Positions 17,739 through 20,000 of a DNA stretch of 20,000 nt are shown here, in pieces. A program made the translations under genes and the position numbers. Numbering within the stretch: the stretch's first letter is position 1; each line of letters opens with the position of its first letter. Source of the DNA: an uncultured virus (IMG/VR IMGVR_UViG_3300033148_004664) (Duplodnaviria > Heunggongvirae > Uroviricota > Caudoviricetes); the IMG/VR virus record IMGVR_UViG_3300033148_004664. One strand, 5' to 3'. Below the pieces are notes generated by a model. That model saw only the letters and a program-made list of their open reading frames with translations. It was not told where the DNA came from and did no database searches.

Positions 17739-18233
17739 ATGTATGATTTATATTGTAAAACGACTTGTGATCATAAAATCGGCGATGTAAAATTCGTAGA
17801 AGAAGATTGTCCTCGTTGTAACGGTAAAGGCGAATATTTTGATGTGCAGTTTGATGCTACTGGCGACTTTATGTTGGTTGACAGATCAAGGCGATTGGTA
17901 CAAGATGTAAAAAAGGCTTTGTTGGATCAATTAGGCACGAATACAGAAGATCCTAATTGGGGTTCAGAACTGCACAATGCACGATTATTACGTGATCCGA
18001 ATTTAATAAAAGCACGTGTAAGAGCTTCAGTCGTAGAGGCTTTAAGACATCTATATGAATTACAACAAGAAGAAAGCAGTCAATACATTGTATATCCAGA
18101 CGAAAAAATAATCAGGATCGGAAATCTCATGTTATTAGAAGATGAATCGGATCCGCGTTATCTTGAACTATTGATTACTGTTGTCGCAGAAAACAGAAAA
18201 GAAATACAAGTAGAAAATGAAATTGAATTTTAA
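17739..18233 (+). CDS. gp25/gpW-like baseplate wedge / sheath initiator with N-terminal Zn finger (ATG 17739 preferred over TTG 17730)
   Basis: LVQDVKKALLxxLGTNxxDPNWGSEL gp25 signature; N-terminal CDH...CPRCNGKG; precedes baseplate J. Confidence 0.82.
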   Translation: MYDLYCKTTCDHKIGDVKFVEEDCPRCNGKGEYFDVQFDATGDFMLVDRSRRLVQDVKKALLDQLGTNTEDPNWGSELHNARLLRDPNLIKARVRASVVEALRHLYELQQEESSQYIVYPDEKIIRIGNLMLLEDESDPRYLELLITVVAENRKEIQVENEIEF

Positions 18234-18248
18234 TCCGGCGGTGATATT

Positions 18249-19664
18249 ATGGCGATAAAAAATGTAGAAACAATACGAACGAATATCGAAAACGCAATCA
18301 AGGCTGCACAACCGAATATTACTACACGTGTTGGGAGTGCAGTACGGGACGTTTTCATAAATCCACAAGCACAGCAGTTAGCGTTTTTATACACAGAAGT
18401 TGATAATGTGAGTAAAGCACAATCCCCGCTTGAAGCTGTAGGAGATGATCTTATAGCATTAGCCGAGAATTGGCATGTTTATAGGCGTGGTGCCATTAAA
18501 GCAACGGGGTTGGTAACATTTTATACTTACACAGAACCGGATACCGATATTTCCATTCCGAGCGGTACTTGGGTAGAAACTTTACCGGATACAAGCGGAA
18601 ATATCTATAGATTCCAAACAGTACAATCTGTTACGATGTATTTATCTGCTATCGAGTTTTATCATAATTCCGAAACCGGCAGGTACGAAATAACGGCCTA
18701 CGCGGAAGCTGAACAAGGTGGAAGTTCCTATAACATTGGTGCTTATTCTATAAAGAAACTTTCTTCTCCTATTACAGGAATAAATGGAGCGACGAATAAT
18801 AATGCGTTTATTGGCGGAGCAGACGAAGAATCTTACACGTCTTTACGGAGTAGATTGATTGCAAAGATGACTGGAACTAACATTGGAACGTTAGACGGTT
18901 ACTATGAAGCAGCTACTCTTTATAATGGCGTGCAGGATGCTAAAGTAATCGGTCCGAGAGATTCTGAAATGTTAAGGAAATCCGCAGGAGGCGTAGATGT
19001 TTTCATTAAGGGAACAGTGGCATCAGAAGTTACGGAAACATTCACTCCTTCATCTACGACAGCACCGGATATTGTCGTAACTTATCAACCTGTTATAACG
19101 ACCGCAGAAGGTACTTTGATAAGTTCAGAATTGGGTGTCATGACGTATGGAGTCGATTGGGAATGGGAACGTGATACAAGTGTTTTATCCTATAGTACAC
19201 AAGGATTAGATAAAATACATTGGTTAGTTGATAAGAATAACGTCGGAACACTCACAATTACTTACATGTACAATCGTTTAATTTCAGATCTACAAACCTA
19301 TTTTAACGGCGATTCACAACGTTTGGCTTGTGCTGATGTACTCGTAAGATGGGCTACGCCGGTTTACATAGATGTTTCCTTTACTGTGGTAGCACAAACG
19401 GGATATGATGCGGATACTGTTGAAGCGAATGCTGAATCCGCTGTAGAAACATTACTTGGAAATTATATATTAGGTGAGGAAGTACAAAAGAGTGATGTTA
19501 TTGAAGCTATAAATAGTGCAGAAGGTGTAGATGATGTTGACAGCACAACATTATCTCTGACTGATCAAGAAGGCGAAATTTCTCCTGATAGTTACGGAAA
19601 TATAGATATTCCGGCGAATAGGTACGCATACCCGGGCAATATAGTAGCAACAGTAATTACATGA
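18249..19664 (+). CDS. Baseplate J/gp47-like wedge protein
   Basis: GSAVRDVFI, GDDLxxLA, RRGAxKATGxVTF, IPSGTxV, GGSSYNIGA, GGADEESxxSLRSR, GGVDVFI and GVDDV motifs. Confidence 0.93.
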   Translation: MAIKNVETIRTNIENAIKAAQPNITTRVGSAVRDVFINPQAQQLAFLYTEVDNVSKAQSPLEAVGDDLIALAENWHVYRRGAIKATGLVTFYTYTEPDTDISIPSGTWVETLPDTSGNIYRFQTVQSVTMYLSAIEFYHNSETGRYEITAYAEAEQGGSSYNIGAYSIKKLSSPITGINGATNNNAFIGGADEESYTSLRSRLIAKMTGTNIGTLDGYYEAATLYNGVQDAKVIGPRDSEMLRKSAGGVDVFIKGTVASEVTETFTPSSTTAPDIVVTYQPVITTAEGTLISSELGVMTYGVDWEWERDTSVLSYSTQGLDKIHWLVDKNNVGTLTITYMYNRLISDLQTYFNGDSQRLACADVLVRWATPVYIDVSFTVVAQTGYDADTVEANAESAVETLLGNYILGEEVQKSDVIEAINSAEGVDDVDSTTLSLTDQEGEISPDSYGNIDIPANRYAYPGNIVATVIT

Positions 19665-19674
19665 GGGTTTAAGT

Positions 19675-20000
19675 ATGAAATACCTGAATGATAAACTTTC
19701 TGTAGAATTAAATCGTCCTGTTCAAGAAGCGAAAGACTTTTTGTACTTATTAGGTAAAATATCAGGAGATGATTATGCAGAATATACTTTGCCTTCTTCT
19801 AATCCTGAAAGTGCGGTAACAGATAAAGCAAAAACAAGAGGTGTTCAGCAACAAATAACTCCTTTACACTTATTCAAAACCGTCAATGTATCTAAAGTTG
19901 ATATTAAAGAGGCTTATGAATTATTAAAGAAATGTAAAGATGTAGCAAGTGTATCTTATATTCCTGTTTATGAACCTTGTTATGTGCCTAATGATACGTA
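19675..20000 (+). CDS. 5' part of the next tail/baseplate gene, truncated by the window edge (MKYLNDKLSVELNRPVQEAK...)
   Basis: GAGGG SD at 19663-19667, ATG 19675, frame open for 108 codons to the window end; not in the ORF track. Confidence 0.7.
   Translation, partial: MKYLNDKLSVELNRPVQEAKDFLYLLGKISGDDYAEYTLPSSNPESAVTDKAKTRGVQQQITPLHLFKTVNVSKVDIKEAYELLKKCKDVASVSYIPVYEPCYVPNDT

Larger units (their letters stand above)
1..20000 (+). mobile_element. Lysis + neck + contractile tail/baseplate module of a myovirus-type phage or prophage (extends beyond both window edges)
   Basis: Colinear holin/endolysin, sheath, tube, tape-measure-like, hub, spike, gp25-like and baseplate J genes; no host housekeeping genes. 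Confidence 0.93.

Noticed and set aside
999..18368. Numerous short antisense or alternate-frame ORFs in the track (e.g. 999-1289, 3033-3299, 4314-4595, 8441-8848, 13472-13930, 16093-16446, 16845-17201)
   Set aside because: They are shadows of well-supported genes and have no recognisable motifs.
1..20000. CRISPR array, tRNA, intron/intein, DGR repeats or att sites
   Set aside because: No spaced repeats, cloverleaf-sized gaps, homing endonuclease or intein motifs, reverse transcriptase or long duplications were seen by eye.

Overview
This window is the late/structural region of a contractile-tailed (myovirus-morphology) bacteriophage or prophage. It is AT-rich and densely coded, almost entirely on the + strand, with strong Shine-Dalgarno sites and overlapping stop/start junctions. 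The order is: two holin-like membrane proteins, an AmpD/AmiD-type amidase endolysin, a very acidic 135-aa protein, a head-tail adaptor-like protein, a charged unknown, a spanin-like protein (TM + coiled coil + beta-strand C-terminus), two small genes, and one inverted orphan beta-class amino-methyltransferase. These are followed by neck and tail-completion genes, sheath, tube, two chaperone-like genes, a short tape-measure-like gene, a tube-initiator-like gene, baseplate hub, spike, an unknown, a gp25-like wedge protein, baseplate J and a truncated next gene. No capsid, terminase, integrase, RNA gene, CRISPR array or transposase is visible. The most notable observations are a T7-lysozyme/PGRP-like amidase domain fused to the hub C-terminus, an Ocr-like acidic DNA-mimic candidate, a possible single-chain spanin with reversed topology, apparent total absence of CTAG in 20 kb, a perfect 22-bp palindrome in the divergent MTase/neck intergenic region, an unannotated 37-aa membrane peptide, and repeated Ig-like and Zn-finger insertions in structural proteins. 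All functional calls come from motif recognition and gene order by eye, with no database searches.
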